Below, in pieces: positions 31,460 through 41,175 of a stretch of DNA of 64,000 nucleotides. The position numbers and the translations under genes are program-made. This DNA comes from Corallococcus sp. Z5C101001 (lineage in GTDB: Bacteria; Myxococcota; Myxococcia; Myxococcales; Myxococcaceae), in NCBI RefSeq assembly GCF_007352635.1, contig NZ_VKLU01000005.1, forward strand, positions 699,940-763,939, read 5' to 3'. The notes below the pieces were generated by a model. The model saw only the letters and a list, made by a program, of their open reading frames with translations, did no database searches and was not told where the DNA came from. The stretch's first letter is position 1. Every line of letters begins with the position of its first letter.

Positions 31460-32380
31460 TCAGGGCGCGGACGCCACCTGGCGCATCCACGCGAGCACCC
31501 GGGGCAGCACCTCGCGGCGGGCGCGCTCCCCGCGCACCACGTCGAAGTGGCCCGCGTCCCAGCTCAGTCCCTGCGCACGGCCCAGGACGGCCAGCACCTT
31601 CTTCCCACCGCCCAGGTGCTCCACCAGCTTCTGGGCGCGCCGGGGCGAGGCATGGAACCCATCCGCCGCGCCCACGCCCGCGAACACCGGCAGCGTCACC
31701 TTCCCCAGCGCGCCCCAGTAGTCCGTCGCGCCATCCGCGCTGCGGAACGCTCCGGTGGGCGCCCAGTTGGTGAACTGCCGCATCACGCCCGGGGGCTCGT
31801 CCCAGGGGCCCTGCTTCAGGGCCTTCGCCGGGAAGCGGCCCAGCAGCCCCGCCACCGCGGTGGAGAACCCCAACTGGAAGCGCTTCTTGAGCCCGCCGTC
31901 GCTGTAGTCATTCACCGCCGAGGACAGCGTGCACACGCCGGCCAGCATCGCCTGGGCCTCCAGGTCCAGCCCCAGCGCCGCCAGCACCGCGTAGCCGGCC
32001 ATGCTGTGGGCCAACAAGAACAGCGGTCCCGAGTGGCGCGCGCGCACGGCCCGCACCAGGTCCGGCACGTCGTGGCGCACGTAGGTGTCGAAGTTCCAAT
32101 CGAACGCGCGCTTCTGGGGCCAGCGGCTCTTGCCGTGCCCGCGCAGCGACGCGACGTACGCCGTGCAGCCCTCGTCCACGAAGGAGCGCGCCGGCCCGTC
32201 GCCCTGCCCTCCCAGGAAGAAGCGCCCGTCGGAGAACAGTCCCGGGACGAAGAGGATGCCGGGCGTGGAGGCAGGGGCCGCGGCCAGGCTCGCCTCCACG
32301 ACGTGCAGCGCGTGGCCCCCCGACGTGGGCACCCAGAAGTCCTCCATCAGGGCGGCGTCGGGCTTCGTGTTCGTGCTCAT
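31460..32380 (-). CDS. Alpha/beta-fold hydrolase
   Basis: Nucleophile elbow AHSMAGY, catalytic His near C-terminus; 306 aa; 4-bp overlap with upstream thioesterase gene. Confidence 0.75.
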   Translation of the reverse strand: MSTNTKPDAALMEDFWVPTSGGHALHVVEASLAAAPASTPGILFVPGLFSDGRFFLGGQGDGPARSFVDEGCTAYVASLRGHGKSRWPQKRAFDWNFDTYVRHDVPDLVRAVRARHSGPLFLLAHSMAGYAVLAALGLDLEAQAMLAGVCTLSSAVNDYSDGGLKKRFQLGFSTAVAGLLGRFPAKALKQGPWDEPPGVMRQFTNWAPTGAFRSADGATDYWGALGKVTLPVFAGVGAADGFHASPRRAQKLVEHLGGGKKVLAVLGRAQGLSWDAGHFDVVRGERARREVLPRVLAWMRQVASAP

Positions 32381-32823
32381 GGACGAGACTCCTCCGAGGG
32401 GACCACGGGGCCGCCCGCGGCGGCGAGGAACTGCTGGAGCGACGCGAGCGAGCGCGTCCGCGCATCCAGGAACGCCACGCTCACCACCGCCTCCACCGCC
32501 AGGGGCCCGTCCCCGGAGAGGAACACGCGCTGGCGGAACCGGGCGCGGTAGTTCAGCCCCTCCACGTCCAGTTCGTCCTCGGCGGGCGACTCCAGCACCG
32601 TGTGCACCCGCACGTCGCCCGGGGGAATCTCGCGGCGGTAGTCCACCTCCACGCGCGACACCACCGCCACCACCGCGGCGCCGCGCTTCAGCCCCTGCCG
32701 CTCCAGCCAGGCCCAGCGGCCGGCCTCCAGGTACTCCAGCACGGTGGCGTTGTTCACATGGCCCAGCGTGTCCAGGTCGTTGGGCCGCACGCGCAGCGTG
32801 AGCGAGGACTCTTCGAAGTGCAC
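32377..32823 (-). CDS. Hotdog-fold acyl-CoA/acyl-ACP thioesterase (4HBT/YbgC-like)
   Basis: LRVRPNDLDTLGHVNNATVLEYLE signature of 4HBT thioesterases; 148 aa. Confidence 0.75.
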   Translation of the reverse strand: MHFEESSLTLRVRPNDLDTLGHVNNATVLEYLEAGRWAWLERQGLKRGAAVVAVVSRVEVDYRREIPPGDVRVHTVLESPAEDELDVEGLNYRARFRQRVFLSGDGPLAVEAVVSVAFLDARTRSLASLQQFLAAAGGPVVPSEESRP

Positions 32824-32862
32824 GGGGATGTCCTTCTGGCCGCGGGGGGAACCACGGCGACT

Positions 32863-33234
32863 TCAGGGAGACGGAGCGCGCGTCACGAGGACCACCGTCG
32901 AGACGAACCCTCCGCTGTGGGACAGCGACACGGCGACCTGCCAACCCTCGCGCGAGAGGCGCTCCGCGAGCGCGCCGTGGAACTGGAAGCGTGGCGCGTG
33001 CCGGGCATCGTGGACGAGCTCGGCGTCCGTCCAGAACCAGTCCTCCATGGCGGGCAGCGCCTTGAAGAGCGCCTCCTTGGCGCTGAAGCCCGCCGCCAGG
33101 CTCTGCTTCGGGGACGCGGAGTGCTCGAAGTAGGCGAGCTCCGCGGCCGTGAAGAAGACGTCCGGCTCCAGCAGGGACCGTGCATCCTCCAGCTCCGAGA
33201 TGGCCTGGAGGTCATGGCCCAGGCCCATCAGCAC
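32863..33234 (-). CDS. 4'-phosphopantetheinyl transferase (AcpS-type holo-ACP synthase)
   Basis: GxGxDL motif (MGLGHDLQAI), FSAKEALFKAL motif; 123 aa. Confidence 0.75.
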   Translation of the reverse strand: MLMGLGHDLQAISELEDARSLLEPDVFFTAAELAYFEHSASPKQSLAAGFSAKEALFKALPAMEDWFWTDAELVHDARHAPRFQFHGALAERLSREGWQVAVSLSHSGGFVSTVVLVTRAPSP

Positions 33235-34193
33235 CCGACGAGGTCCATCCAGGTGTCTTCGACGCTTTCACGCGACGTCACGGTGATGCCGGTGATGCGC
33301 TTGAGCGCGTGGAAGATGAGCTGCTCCTTCTTGCGCAGCGACTCCGGGACCTCGAAGCCGTCGCGGTGCTCCAGCTGATCCCACCAGTTGACGTGGGTGT
33401 CGCGAGACTCCACCCGCTCGCGCTTGCTGCCATGCACCTCTCCGCCGTCGCGCAGGAACAGGTGCGCCACCGCGAACGCCTCCTTCGCCTGATAGCCACC
33501 GCTGTCCACCAGCGCCTTGGCGAAGGCGATGAAGTAGTTCATGTGCTGGATTTCGTCCGCGGCCACCTGCTTGAACAGCGCGCGCAGCCCCGGATCCTCG
33601 ACGCGCTGCGAGCACTGGCCGTAGTCCACCGCCGCCACGACCTCCGAGATGGCCAGCAGCGTGAGCGTGCGCAGCATGTCGTCGTCGGGGAAGACCTTGC
33701 GGAACTCGATGAAGGTGGCGTCCGTGATGGGCTCCAGCCGCATCACCGTGGACAGGCGGTTGAACGCCGTCTCGTGGTGCGCCTCCTCCTCGTTCCAGTA
33801 GCGGCTCCACGTGCCGCACGCCTGCATGATGGCGGCGACCGTGGGGTCCTTCTCCTGCCAGCGGCGGCACTCCGCGTCCGCCAGGCGCTCCAGCCGGTCA
33901 GCGCCTGGCTTCGTCGTCAGCTCCGCCCGCCCGGCGTTCCACACGAGGTGCCGGTCGGCTTCTCCCAGGCGCTCGAAGTCCACCGCCGCCAGCATCTCCA
34001 TCACGCTCCAGCGCCGCGACTCGTGCAGCCGCTGCTGCTCCCACGCCAGGTCCACCAGCGACAGCCCCCGTTGCGTGATGGCCTCGTACAACTCCGCCAT
34101 GATCGCTGGACGGCCCTCCTGCTCCTGCGCGCCCGGAGTGCTGCTGGGCCCGTCCTCCAAGTCCTGCTCGAGGCTTCCCGCCTGGATGCTCAT
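33228..34193 (-). CDS. Soluble ferritin-like diiron acyl-ACP desaturase-like protein
   Basis: Two EExxH-type diiron motifs (WNEEEAHHETAF; AADEIQHMNYF) spaced as in stearoyl-ACP desaturase/DesA-type enzymes; 321 aa. Confidence 0.6.
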   Translation of the reverse strand: MSIQAGSLEQDLEDGPSSTPGAQEQEGRPAIMAELYEAITQRGLSLVDLAWEQQRLHESRRWSVMEMLAAVDFERLGEADRHLVWNAGRAELTTKPGADRLERLADAECRRWQEKDPTVAAIMQACGTWSRYWNEEEAHHETAFNRLSTVMRLEPITDATFIEFRKVFPDDDMLRTLTLLAISEVVAAVDYGQCSQRVEDPGLRALFKQVAADEIQHMNYFIAFAKALVDSGGYQAKEAFAVAHLFLRDGGEVHGSKRERVESRDTHVNWWDQLEHRDGFEVPESLRKKEQLIFHALKRITGITVTSRESVEDTWMDLVGC

Positions 34194-34486
34194 GCCGACT
34201 GTCGCCCCGGGTTCGAGACCTCGGCCATGAACACCTCCAGCACCTTTGATACCGGTGTATCAAGTGACAAGGCAGGCAGTCGCACTCGCAGTCCATACTC
34301 CTTGCGCAACCCGTTGGAGGTGCGGGCAAAGGCTTCCATCAGATCGACGCTGTTGGTCATGCGCTCCGAGCGGGTGATGAGGGCCGCGAGCGTCAGGTCG
34401 TCGGAGAACAACTCCGCCACTGACAAACCCACGTTTTCTGCGAATTTCTGTCGGATATAGGACTCGAGCTCCTGCGCGTCGGGCAC
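34190..34486 (-). CDS. Stand-alone acyl carrier protein-like protein (about 98 aa)
   Basis: GTG start with GGAAGG RBS; ACP-like helix II region TNSVDLMEAF with candidate phosphopantetheine Ser; the longer ORF-track version (to 34618) overlaps a promoter-like region. Confidence 0.45.
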   Translation of the reverse strand: MPDAQELESYIRQKFAENVGLSVAELFSDDLTLAALITRSERMTNSVDLMEAFARTSNGLRKEYGLRVRLPALSLDTPVSKVLEVFMAEVSNPGRQSA

Positions 34487-34542
34487 GGGGGACCTTCCTT
34501 CCCAGGGCTTGAAAGTCGTTTTCCCAGTCAGAAACCAGGAAA

Positions 34543-34570
34543 GATCTAACTGTCGCTCCTGAACTGTCAA
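34543..34570 (-). promoter_or_regulatory. Sigma-70-like promoter (TTGACA-N16-TAGATC) upstream of the ACP-desaturase-PPTase-thioesterase-hydrolase(-FAAL) gene string
   Basis: Read on minus strand in a GC-poor gap between CoA-transferase stop and ACP start. Confidence 0.25.
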
Positions 34571-34633
34571 TCGGCAACGGGTCACTTTGGAGCCGCGCGG
34601 GAATACGGATCCACGCACGTGTTCTCACGGTGT

Positions 34634-35812
34634 TCATGCAATGAGACGCGAGATTTCCTCGGCTGTGAAACCTGCTTCTTCCAGGATGACGCGGGTGTGT
34701 TGTCCCAGCGCGGGCGGTGGACGCAGTGCGACGTCGCCCATGCGCAGCGGCGTGAGCAGGTGCGTAACACGGATGCCGCGCTGCGCATCGTCCGCGTCCA
34801 CGAAGAGGCCCCGCGCGCGCAGCTGCGAGTCCGACAACACGTCGTCGCCCTCCGCCACCGGCTCCACGCACAGCTCCGCGCCAGCGAGCCGTTCGCGCCA
34901 GTGCGCCATCGGCTCGCTCGCGAAGATGCGGGTGAGCTCTGACTTCACGCGAGCCCCCGCTTCACCGCCCGTGTATGCGTCATCCAGCAGCTCCGGGCGG
35001 CCCAGCCGGGCGCAGAGCGCGCCGAAGAACTTGGGCTCCAGCGCTCCCACGGCGAGCCAGCGATCATCCGCGGTGCGGTACAGGCCGTAGCTGGGGTAGC
35101 CGCCGTTGAGGGGCTCGCTGCCGCGGGCAAGCGGCGTCCCCGCCTCGCCAGTGAACAGGCGAGCGGCCAGGTGCAGGTGGAGGAACGCGAGCGCGCCGTC
35201 CGTCATGGAGACATCCACGAAGCGGCCCACGCCGGTGCGCGCGCGCTCGTGCAGCGCGGCGAGGATGCCCACCAGCGCGAAGAGGCTGCCACCGCCGATG
35301 TCCGCCACCTGGACGCCCGGGAACGCGGGCGCGCCGCCCGCCTCGCCGCCGTAGCCCAACAGCCCCGCGCGGGCCACGTAGTTGAGGTCGTGCCCCGCCT
35401 TGAGCCGGTCCGGCCCTGTCTGCCCATAGCCGGAGATGGCGCAGTAGATGAGCCGCGGGTTCCTGCGCCGCAGCACCGCTTCGCCCACGCCCAGCTTGTC
35501 CATCACGCCGGGACGGAAGCTCTCCACCAGCACGTCGTAGCCGTCCACGAGGCGCAGGAGCGCCTCGCGTCCCTCCGGCGTCTTCAGGTTGAGCGTGAGC
35601 GAGCGCTTGTTGCGGTGCAGTCCGTAGAAGAGCGCGCCCTCGCCGTCGCGGTGCGGCGGCATGTGCCGGGTGGCGTCCCCCACGTCCGGGTCCTCCACCT
35701 TGTCGACGGTGGCACCCAGGTCCGCCAGCACCAGCGTCGCGTACGGGCCGGGCAGCAGCCGCGACAGGTCCAACACCCGCAGGCCGGCGAGAGGAGAGGA
35801 CGGCTCGGACAT
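34634..35812 (-). CDS. Family III CoA-transferase (CaiB/BaiF/alpha-methylacyl-CoA racemase family)
   Basis: LAGLRVLDLSRLLPGPYATLVLADLGA N-terminus, catalytic Asp region (DVSMTDG); start at MSEPSSPLAG. Confidence 0.85.
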   Translation of the reverse strand: MSEPSSPLAGLRVLDLSRLLPGPYATLVLADLGATVDKVEDPDVGDATRHMPPHRDGEGALFYGLHRNKRSLTLNLKTPEGREALLRLVDGYDVLVESFRPGVMDKLGVGEAVLRRRNPRLIYCAISGYGQTGPDRLKAGHDLNYVARAGLLGYGGEAGGAPAFPGVQVADIGGGSLFALVGILAALHERARTGVGRFVDVSMTDGALAFLHLHLAARLFTGEAGTPLARGSEPLNGGYPSYGLYRTADDRWLAVGALEPKFFGALCARLGRPELLDDAYTGGEAGARVKSELTRIFASEPMAHWRERLAGAELCVEPVAEGDDVLSDSQLRARGLFVDADDAQRGIRVTHLLTPLRMGDVALRPPPALGQHTRVILEEAGFTAEEISRLIA

Positions 35813-35850
35813 GGAAGGGGACTCCAGGGGGAGGGGCACGACATGACGAC

Positions 35851-35884
35851 GGCGCGTCCCCTCGAGGGTGACGCGCCGTCGGTA
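35851..35884. terminator. Long hairpin GACGGCGCGTC-CCCTCGAGGG-T-GACGCGCCGTC immediately downstream of SCP2 gene (minus strand)
   Basis: 11-bp perfect outer inverted repeat plus palindromic inner CCCTCGAGGG, read directly. Confidence 0.4.
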
Positions 35885-35905
35885 CGACCCGAGACGGAGG
35901 GTGTA

Positions 35906-36235
35906 TCAGCCGAGCAGCTTCGCCAGCTTCATGGCGAGGCCCATGTCCATCGGCTTGAACTTCAGCTTGCCCTGCATGGCGGCCATCTGCGCGTTCAGCT
36001 TCTTCTCCGTGATCTTCACGAAGTCGTCGTTGCTGACGGTGACCGTCATCTTGGACGCGCCGTTGATGCCCTCGGACACCCAGCCCTCGGTCTTCGTGGT
36101 GTCCAGCGTCCACTTGCCGCCGCCCTCACCCGAGACGTCGAAATGGATGACGGCGTTGATCTCCTTCGCCAGCTCCGGCTTCGCCTGCAGCCGGTTGGGG
36201 ATCTCCGTCTCGATGATGTCCTTCGCGGTCGCCAT
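35906..36235 (-). CDS. SCP2 (sterol carrier protein 2) domain lipid-binding protein
   Basis: Characteristic SCP2 C-terminal GKLKFKPMDMGLAMKLAKLL; 109 aa. Confidence 0.8.
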   Translation of the reverse strand: MATAKDIIETEIPNRLQAKPELAKEINAVIHFDVSGEGGGKWTLDTTKTEGWVSEGINGASKMTVTVSNDDFVKITEKKLNAQMAAMQGKLKFKPMDMGLAMKLAKLLG

Positions 36236-36256
36236 GACTCGCTCCTTTGATCAGCG

Positions 36257-36272
36257 TTGATTGGTGAATCAA
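36257..36272. promoter_or_regulatory. 16-bp palindrome TTGATTGGTGAATCAA about 20 bp upstream of SCP2 start; same TTGATT/AATCAA arms as site at 23372
   Basis: 6-4-6 perfect inverted repeat read directly. Confidence 0.45.
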
Positions 36273-36332
36273 GCCCGCGCGGACCGTAATGGCGCCCCTC
36301 CGCCGGGTCAAGGGTGGGCCGAGGCGCTGTCC

Positions 36333-36710
36333 TCAGACGCGCGACGTGTCCACCGAAGGGCCCAGGGAGTGTCGCACCATCGACAGCAGATCGTTGAGCT
36401 CGAAGGGCTTGGCCAGATGGCCCACCGCGCCAATGTCCTTGGCCTTGCTGCCGACGTTGCGGTCCGCGCTGAGGACGATGAGCGGGATGCTCGCGACGGA
36501 CGGCTGCTTCTGTCGCATGCGCTGGGCGAACTCCCAGCCGTCCATCACCGGCATCATCAGGTCCAGCAGGATGAGGTGGGGAGGATCCGGCTCCAGCCGC
36601 TCCAGGGCCTCCTTGCCGTTGCGCGCACGGCGGATCTCGAAGCCCTCGGCCTCGAGGATCTCCGAAAGGGCTTCCAGGATGTCGGGATCATCGTCCACGA
36701 CGAGAACCAC
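36333..36710 (-). CDS. Single-domain response regulator (CheY-like receiver)
   Basis: VLVVDDDPD, phospho-acceptor D in LILLDLMMP, T/S (LSAD), K (AKPF); GTG start; upstream in-frame TGA confirms no longer N-terminus. Confidence 0.8.
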   Translation of the reverse strand: MVLVVDDDPDILEALSEILEAEGFEIRRARNGKEALERLEPDPPHLILLDLMMPVMDGWEFAQRMRQKQPSVASIPLIVLSADRNVGSKAKDIGAVGHLAKPFELNDLLSMVRHSLGPSVDTSRV

Positions 36711-36909
36711 GGGCGCGCCAGAGTGCTGTGCGTTGAGCGAGGTCAGAGGTGTCTCCTCGATGCCGCTACCAGGGGCCGATCATCCACCATCAGCGGACCC
36801 ACTGGCGCAAGAAATTTAGGGGGCCTCTCCGGAAGCGGGAGCCCGTTGCAAAACCGACAGTCACTGCTCACCCTTCCGTTGACCCGAAGCACGGACAGGG
36901 GAGGTCCGC

Positions 36910-37947
36910 GTGACGTGGATGGGGGAGACATCCGGAGCCACCGAGCCGACGCCTGGGCTCGTGCTGCTGCCCCGCCAGGGGGTGCCGCGCCTGCTCGGCC
37001 CCCTGCTGCTGGAGTACCTGGGACTGGACGCCCTGCCCCCCCTGTCGGGGACGGACGGCATCGACGGGTTGATGACGGCGGCCGGCTTCCACCAGCGAGA
37101 CGGAGCCCGGGACCTGTGGGAGCGCGAGGAGCGCGCGGTGCGGGTGGGCGAGGAGCTGCTGGCGGAGGGTGGGCGCCTGGTGTGGGTGCTGCCGGAGCCA
37201 TGGAGCGCCGCGGAGGCGCCCAGGCCCGAGGGGCGCGTGGCGGAGCGCGTGCGCTACCTGTCGCTCGCGTCGCATGACCTGCGCGGCTCGCTGGCCAACA
37301 TCCGCTCGTACGCGGCGCTGCTGCTCAACGGGCGCGTGCCGCTGGAGCCCAAGGCGCAGCGCGGGTTGGAGACCATCCTGCGCAACGCGGACCGGGCGCT
37401 CGCGTTCGCCCAGGACTTCTTCGACTCCAGCCGCGCGGACCTGGGCGCGCTGGCGTGCGAGCGCGAACGACAACCGCTCCTGCCCATCCTGGCCGCCGCC
37501 GTGGAGCGCATGCGCGCCGCCGCGTCCGCCGCCAACGTGGCGCTGGTGATGGACCCGCTGCCGGACCTGCCCGACATGGAGGTGGACGCGGGCCGCATCC
37601 AGCACGCGGTGGAGGCCTTCGTGCACCACCACCTGGGCCACGCCCAACCGGGCGAGGAGCTCCACGTGCGGGCCACGCCCCAGGGGCACCAGGTGAGGGT
37701 GGAGGTGCGCCGCGACGGCGCGGCGGTTCCGGAAGAGGACACCTCCGCCATCTTCCAGTGCGAGGAGCGCGCCTTCCGCGAGCGCAAGCTGGAGGATCCG
37801 CTGCGCGTCTTCCTGGCCCGGCAGGAGGTGGAGGCCCACGGCGGCCAGGTAGGCGCCCAGGCGGACGCGGGCGGCAGCACCCTGTTCCTCACGCTCCCCG
37901 TGCCCCTGACCAGAGACGTGGGGCAGCCAGCAGGCTGGCAGGCGTAA
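36910..37947 (+). CDS. Cytoplasmic sensor histidine kinase (HisKA + HATPase_c)
   Basis: H-box LSLASHDLRGSL; N, G1, G2-like ATP-lid regions near C-terminus; divergent from response regulator. Confidence 0.8.
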   Translation: MTWMGETSGATEPTPGLVLLPRQGVPRLLGPLLLEYLGLDALPPLSGTDGIDGLMTAAGFHQRDGARDLWEREERAVRVGEELLAEGGRLVWVLPEPWSAAEAPRPEGRVAERVRYLSLASHDLRGSLANIRSYAALLLNGRVPLEPKAQRGLETILRNADRALAFAQDFFDSSRADLGALACERERQPLLPILAAAVERMRAAASAANVALVMDPLPDLPDMEVDAGRIQHAVEAFVHHHLGHAQPGEELHVRATPQGHQVRVEVRRDGAAVPEEDTSAIFQCEERAFRERKLEDPLRVFLARQEVEAHGGQVGAQADAGGSTLFLTLPVPLTRDVGQPAGWQA

Positions 37948-38025
37948 GCCGCCCACGCGGGAGTTGCTAGCGCGACCCACCTCCCCCCGGTATGCTCCTG
38001 CGCGCATTTCGCGAGGAGCGAAGCC

Positions 38026-38259
38026 ATGGGTTTGAAGCTTCCTGAGATTCTGTTGATTTTCGCGGCGCTGCTGCTGCTGTTCGGCGGCTCGCGGCTGCCA
38101 CAGCTCGGCTCGTCCCTGGGCAGCGCGCTCCGCAACTTCAAGCGCGGCTTCTCCGGTGACGAGAAGGACGAGGCCAGCGACAAGAAGCAGGGCACGCTGT
38201 CCGCCACCTCGGGTGTGGACAAGGACGTCGCCGCCAAGTCGCCCAGCCACCACGCCTGA
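38026..38259 (+). CDS. tatA: Twin-arginine translocase subunit TatA/E
   Basis: MGLKLPEILLIFAALLLLFGGSRLPQLGSSLGSALRNFKRGF, canonical TatA TM plus amphipathic helix; 77 aa. Confidence 0.85.
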   Translation: MGLKLPEILLIFAALLLLFGGSRLPQLGSSLGSALRNFKRGFSGDEKDEASDKKQGTLSATSGVDKDVAAKSPSHHA

Positions 38260-38428
38260 CGCCGCGCGGGAGGGCCCACGAAGGCCCTTCCCCGGGACAT
38301 GGACGCTGAAGGCCCTGACGCCCGTACCGCGGACCGCGTGAAGCAGTCCATGGACGGGCGTCGGGCTTCATCATGCAATGCATGCCGCGCGCTCCCCTGG
38401 GCGGTCTGGGGAGCGCGGGCGGGCGGGC

Positions 38429-40297
38429 CTAGTCCGCCACCTTCGCGCCTTCGTACATGGCGTCGATGGTCTTGATGTACTTCTGGCTGGCCACCTTGCG
38501 CTTCACCTTGAGGGTGGGCGTGAGCTCGCCGGTCTCCTGCGTGAAGTCCGCGTCCATCACCGCGATCTTCTTGATGCTGGAGTACGGGGGGATCTCCGCG
38601 TTCACCTTCTTGATGATCTCCTCGACGGCCGTCTTGATCTCCGGCCGCTGGGAGTTCTGCGCGTAGGTGCCCACCGCGATGCCCTTGTCCTCCAGCAGCT
38701 TGCGCGCCGGGTCCTCCGCCACCGTGATGAGCGCGACGAGGAACGGCCGCTTGTCGCCGTACACCATGGCCTGGCTGATGAGCGGGAAGGTCTTGAGCGT
38801 GTTCTCGATGTTCTGCGGCGCCACGTTCTTGCCGCCCGCGGTGACGATGATGTCCTTCTTGCGGTCGGTGATGCGCAGGTAGTTGTCGGAGTCCACCTCG
38901 CCGATGTCGCCGGTGTGGAACCAGCCGTCCGGCTCCAGCACCTCCGCCGTGGCGCTGGGGTTCTTGTAGTAGCCCTTCATCACGCAGGGGCCACGCACGA
39001 GGATCTCCCCGTCGGCGGCGATCTTGATCTCCGTGCCCGGCACCGGCGGGCCCACGGTGCCGATCTTGATCTTCTCCACCCGGTTGGCGTTGCACGGAGC
39101 GCTGGTCTCCGTGAGGCCGTAGCCCTCCAGCACCTTCAGGTCGAGCAGGTCGAAGAAGTAGGCGATCTTCCGCGACAGCGGCGCGCCGCCGGAGATGAAG
39201 ATGCGCATGTTGCCGCCCAGCTTCTCATCCAGCGTCTTGCGCACCTTGGAGAAGACCAGCTTCTTCGCCAGGGTGAACATCAGCGAGTTGTACTCGCGGC
39301 CCTGCGCGCGCGCCTCCGCGTACTCGTCGAAGAGGCCGAAGGCCCACTTGAACAGCTTGCCCTTCACGCCGGGCGCCGCGGAGCCGTTGGCGACGACGTT
39401 GTTGTAGACCTTCTCGAACACGCGGGGCACCGACGGCAGCACCGAGGGGCGCGTCTCCGCCAGGTTCGCCAGCAGCTTGTCCACCGACTCCGCGATGATG
39501 AGCCGGAAGCCCAGGGCCAGCCACGCGGCCTTCACCACCTGGGCGAACACGTGCGCCAGGGGCAGGAAGAGCATCACGGTGTCGTTGGGCACCATCATGC
39601 CCATGGCCAGGGTGGCCTTCGCCTCATAGGCCCAGTTGCCGTGGGTGAGGATGACGCCCTTGGGGTCGCCCGTGGTGCCGGAGGTGTAGATGATGAGGTT
39701 GGTGTCCTCCGACTTCACCTGCGCCACGCGCTCGGCGAAGGCGGCGTCGGTCGCCTGGGGATGCCCCTTGCCGGAGGCGATCATGTCCGCGAGCGACAGC
39801 TCCTTGTCGCCGGAGACGGGCCCCTCGAAGACGATGATCTTCTGCAGCGCCGGGATGTCCCCCAGCTTGGAGCGGACGCGGGACAGCCGGCCCGCCTGCT
39901 TGGCGTCCTTCTCGTCGGAGTCGACGAGCAGGACCTTCGTCTCCGAGTGGTTGAGGATGTAGCGACACTCATCCGGCGTGTTGGAGCCGTAGATGGGCAC
40001 CGTGATGGCCTGCGCCGCGGTGATGGCGAGGTCCGCGATGATCCACTGCAGGCTGGTGTTCGCGAAGATGGCCACCCGGTCCCCGGGCTGAACGCCCTGG
40101 GCGATGAGGCCCGCGGCCTGCGCCTTCACGTCCTCCAGCACCTGCGAGAACGTGACGTCCTGCCAGCGCCCATCCTTCTTGTGGGTCGCCCCCACCTTGG
40201 AGGCATTCTGGGCCCGCTGAACGAGCAACTGGACGAGGTTCTGCTCCTGCGTCCCGCCCGCCGCGGGAGCCGTCGTGACCTGACTCTCTGCCCTCAC
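38429..40297 (-). CDS. fadD: Long-chain fatty acid-CoA ligase (FadD-like, AMP-binding)
   Basis: YTSGTTGDPKGV, GYGLTETS, TGDIGE, KDIIVTAGGKNVAPQ motifs; 622 aa. Confidence 0.9.
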   Translation of the reverse strand: MRAESQVTTAPAAGGTQEQNLVQLLVQRAQNASKVGATHKKDGRWQDVTFSQVLEDVKAQAAGLIAQGVQPGDRVAIFANTSLQWIIADLAITAAQAITVPIYGSNTPDECRYILNHSETKVLLVDSDEKDAKQAGRLSRVRSKLGDIPALQKIIVFEGPVSGDKELSLADMIASGKGHPQATDAAFAERVAQVKSEDTNLIIYTSGTTGDPKGVILTHGNWAYEAKATLAMGMMVPNDTVMLFLPLAHVFAQVVKAAWLALGFRLIIAESVDKLLANLAETRPSVLPSVPRVFEKVYNNVVANGSAAPGVKGKLFKWAFGLFDEYAEARAQGREYNSLMFTLAKKLVFSKVRKTLDEKLGGNMRIFISGGAPLSRKIAYFFDLLDLKVLEGYGLTETSAPCNANRVEKIKIGTVGPPVPGTEIKIAADGEILVRGPCVMKGYYKNPSATAEVLEPDGWFHTGDIGEVDSDNYLRITDRKKDIIVTAGGKNVAPQNIENTLKTFPLISQAMVYGDKRPFLVALITVAEDPARKLLEDKGIAVGTYAQNSQRPEIKTAVEEIIKKVNAEIPPYSSIKKIAVMDADFTQETGELTPTLKVKRKVASQKYIKTIDAMYEGAKVAD

Positions 40298-41034
40298 TTG
40301 AGCTCCTCCTGGATGTCAGCATCCACCTTCTTGGCCCACTGCTGCACACGCTGCCCCTCAGCGGGGTTGTACGCGGTGCTTCCCTGCTTGACCTTCTCGA
40401 TGGCGGCGCTCGCGTCCTTCGCCTTGCCGTCCTTCAGGAGCGTCTCGGCGAGGTAGTAGTGCGCGCGCAGCGACTGCGGAAACCGGGCGATGGCCTTCTG
40501 GAAGTACTCCGCGGACTTCCCCAGGTCACGCTTCGGCCACGGCAGCTCATAGAAGTAACGCCCCTTGACCAGCCAGGGACCGCCGGACTCGTACGTCGGG
40601 TCGATCTTCAGCGCGGTGTCCAGGCGCTCGTTGAACTTGCCTTCCAGCCCGTCGCCCAGCGCCTTCATGATGCCCACGGCCTGCGAGTAGGAACCAATGC
40701 CGCATGCGGCAAAGTAGTGCCCCTCCACGCGCGCCGGCTGGAGCTTCGCGGCCTTGTCACCGGCCTCCCAGGTCTGCTTGCCCAGGACCATCTTCAGCTT
40801 CTTCTCCGTGGCGCCGTCCGCCTGCCACTGGAGGATGCGCGCCTTGCGCCACGCGAGGTCGAAGTCCTCCGGCGCCGCCGCCAGGGCGTCCTTGAGCCCC
40901 GTCTCCAGCGCCTTCACCGCCTCGGCGTCGTTGCGTCTGGAAAACAACGCGTCGAGCTGCTCGAGCAGCGCTGGCTCCGCCGCCTCGACGGGGAGGGCCC
41001 AAAGCAGCCCTAGGGCAAGCAATTTCAGGCGCAT
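40294..41034 (-). CDS. Secreted hypothetical protein (helical/TPR-like), translationally coupled upstream of fadD
   Basis: Signal peptide MRLKLLALGLLWALPVEAAEP; 4-bp overlap with fadD start. Confidence 0.55.
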   Translation of the reverse strand: MRLKLLALGLLWALPVEAAEPALLEQLDALFSRRNDAEAVKALETGLKDALAAAPEDFDLAWRKARILQWQADGATEKKLKMVLGKQTWEAGDKAAKLQPARVEGHYFAACGIGSYSQAVGIMKALGDGLEGKFNERLDTALKIDPTYESGGPWLVKGRYFYELPWPKRDLGKSAEYFQKAIARFPQSLRAHYYLAETLLKDGKAKDASAAIEKVKQGSTAYNPAEGQRVQQWAKKVDADIQEELK

Positions 41035-41175
41035 CGAAATGCCTTAGCACGCACGCTTGCCTACCATCAACCGAACGCGCCAGACGCAGCGCGGCAAAAA
41101 AGCAGACGGGGTCGGCAAGGTGCGAACACCCCGCCAGACCCCGTCGCCGTCCGTGCTTTCTGCCGCTTCGCCGCT

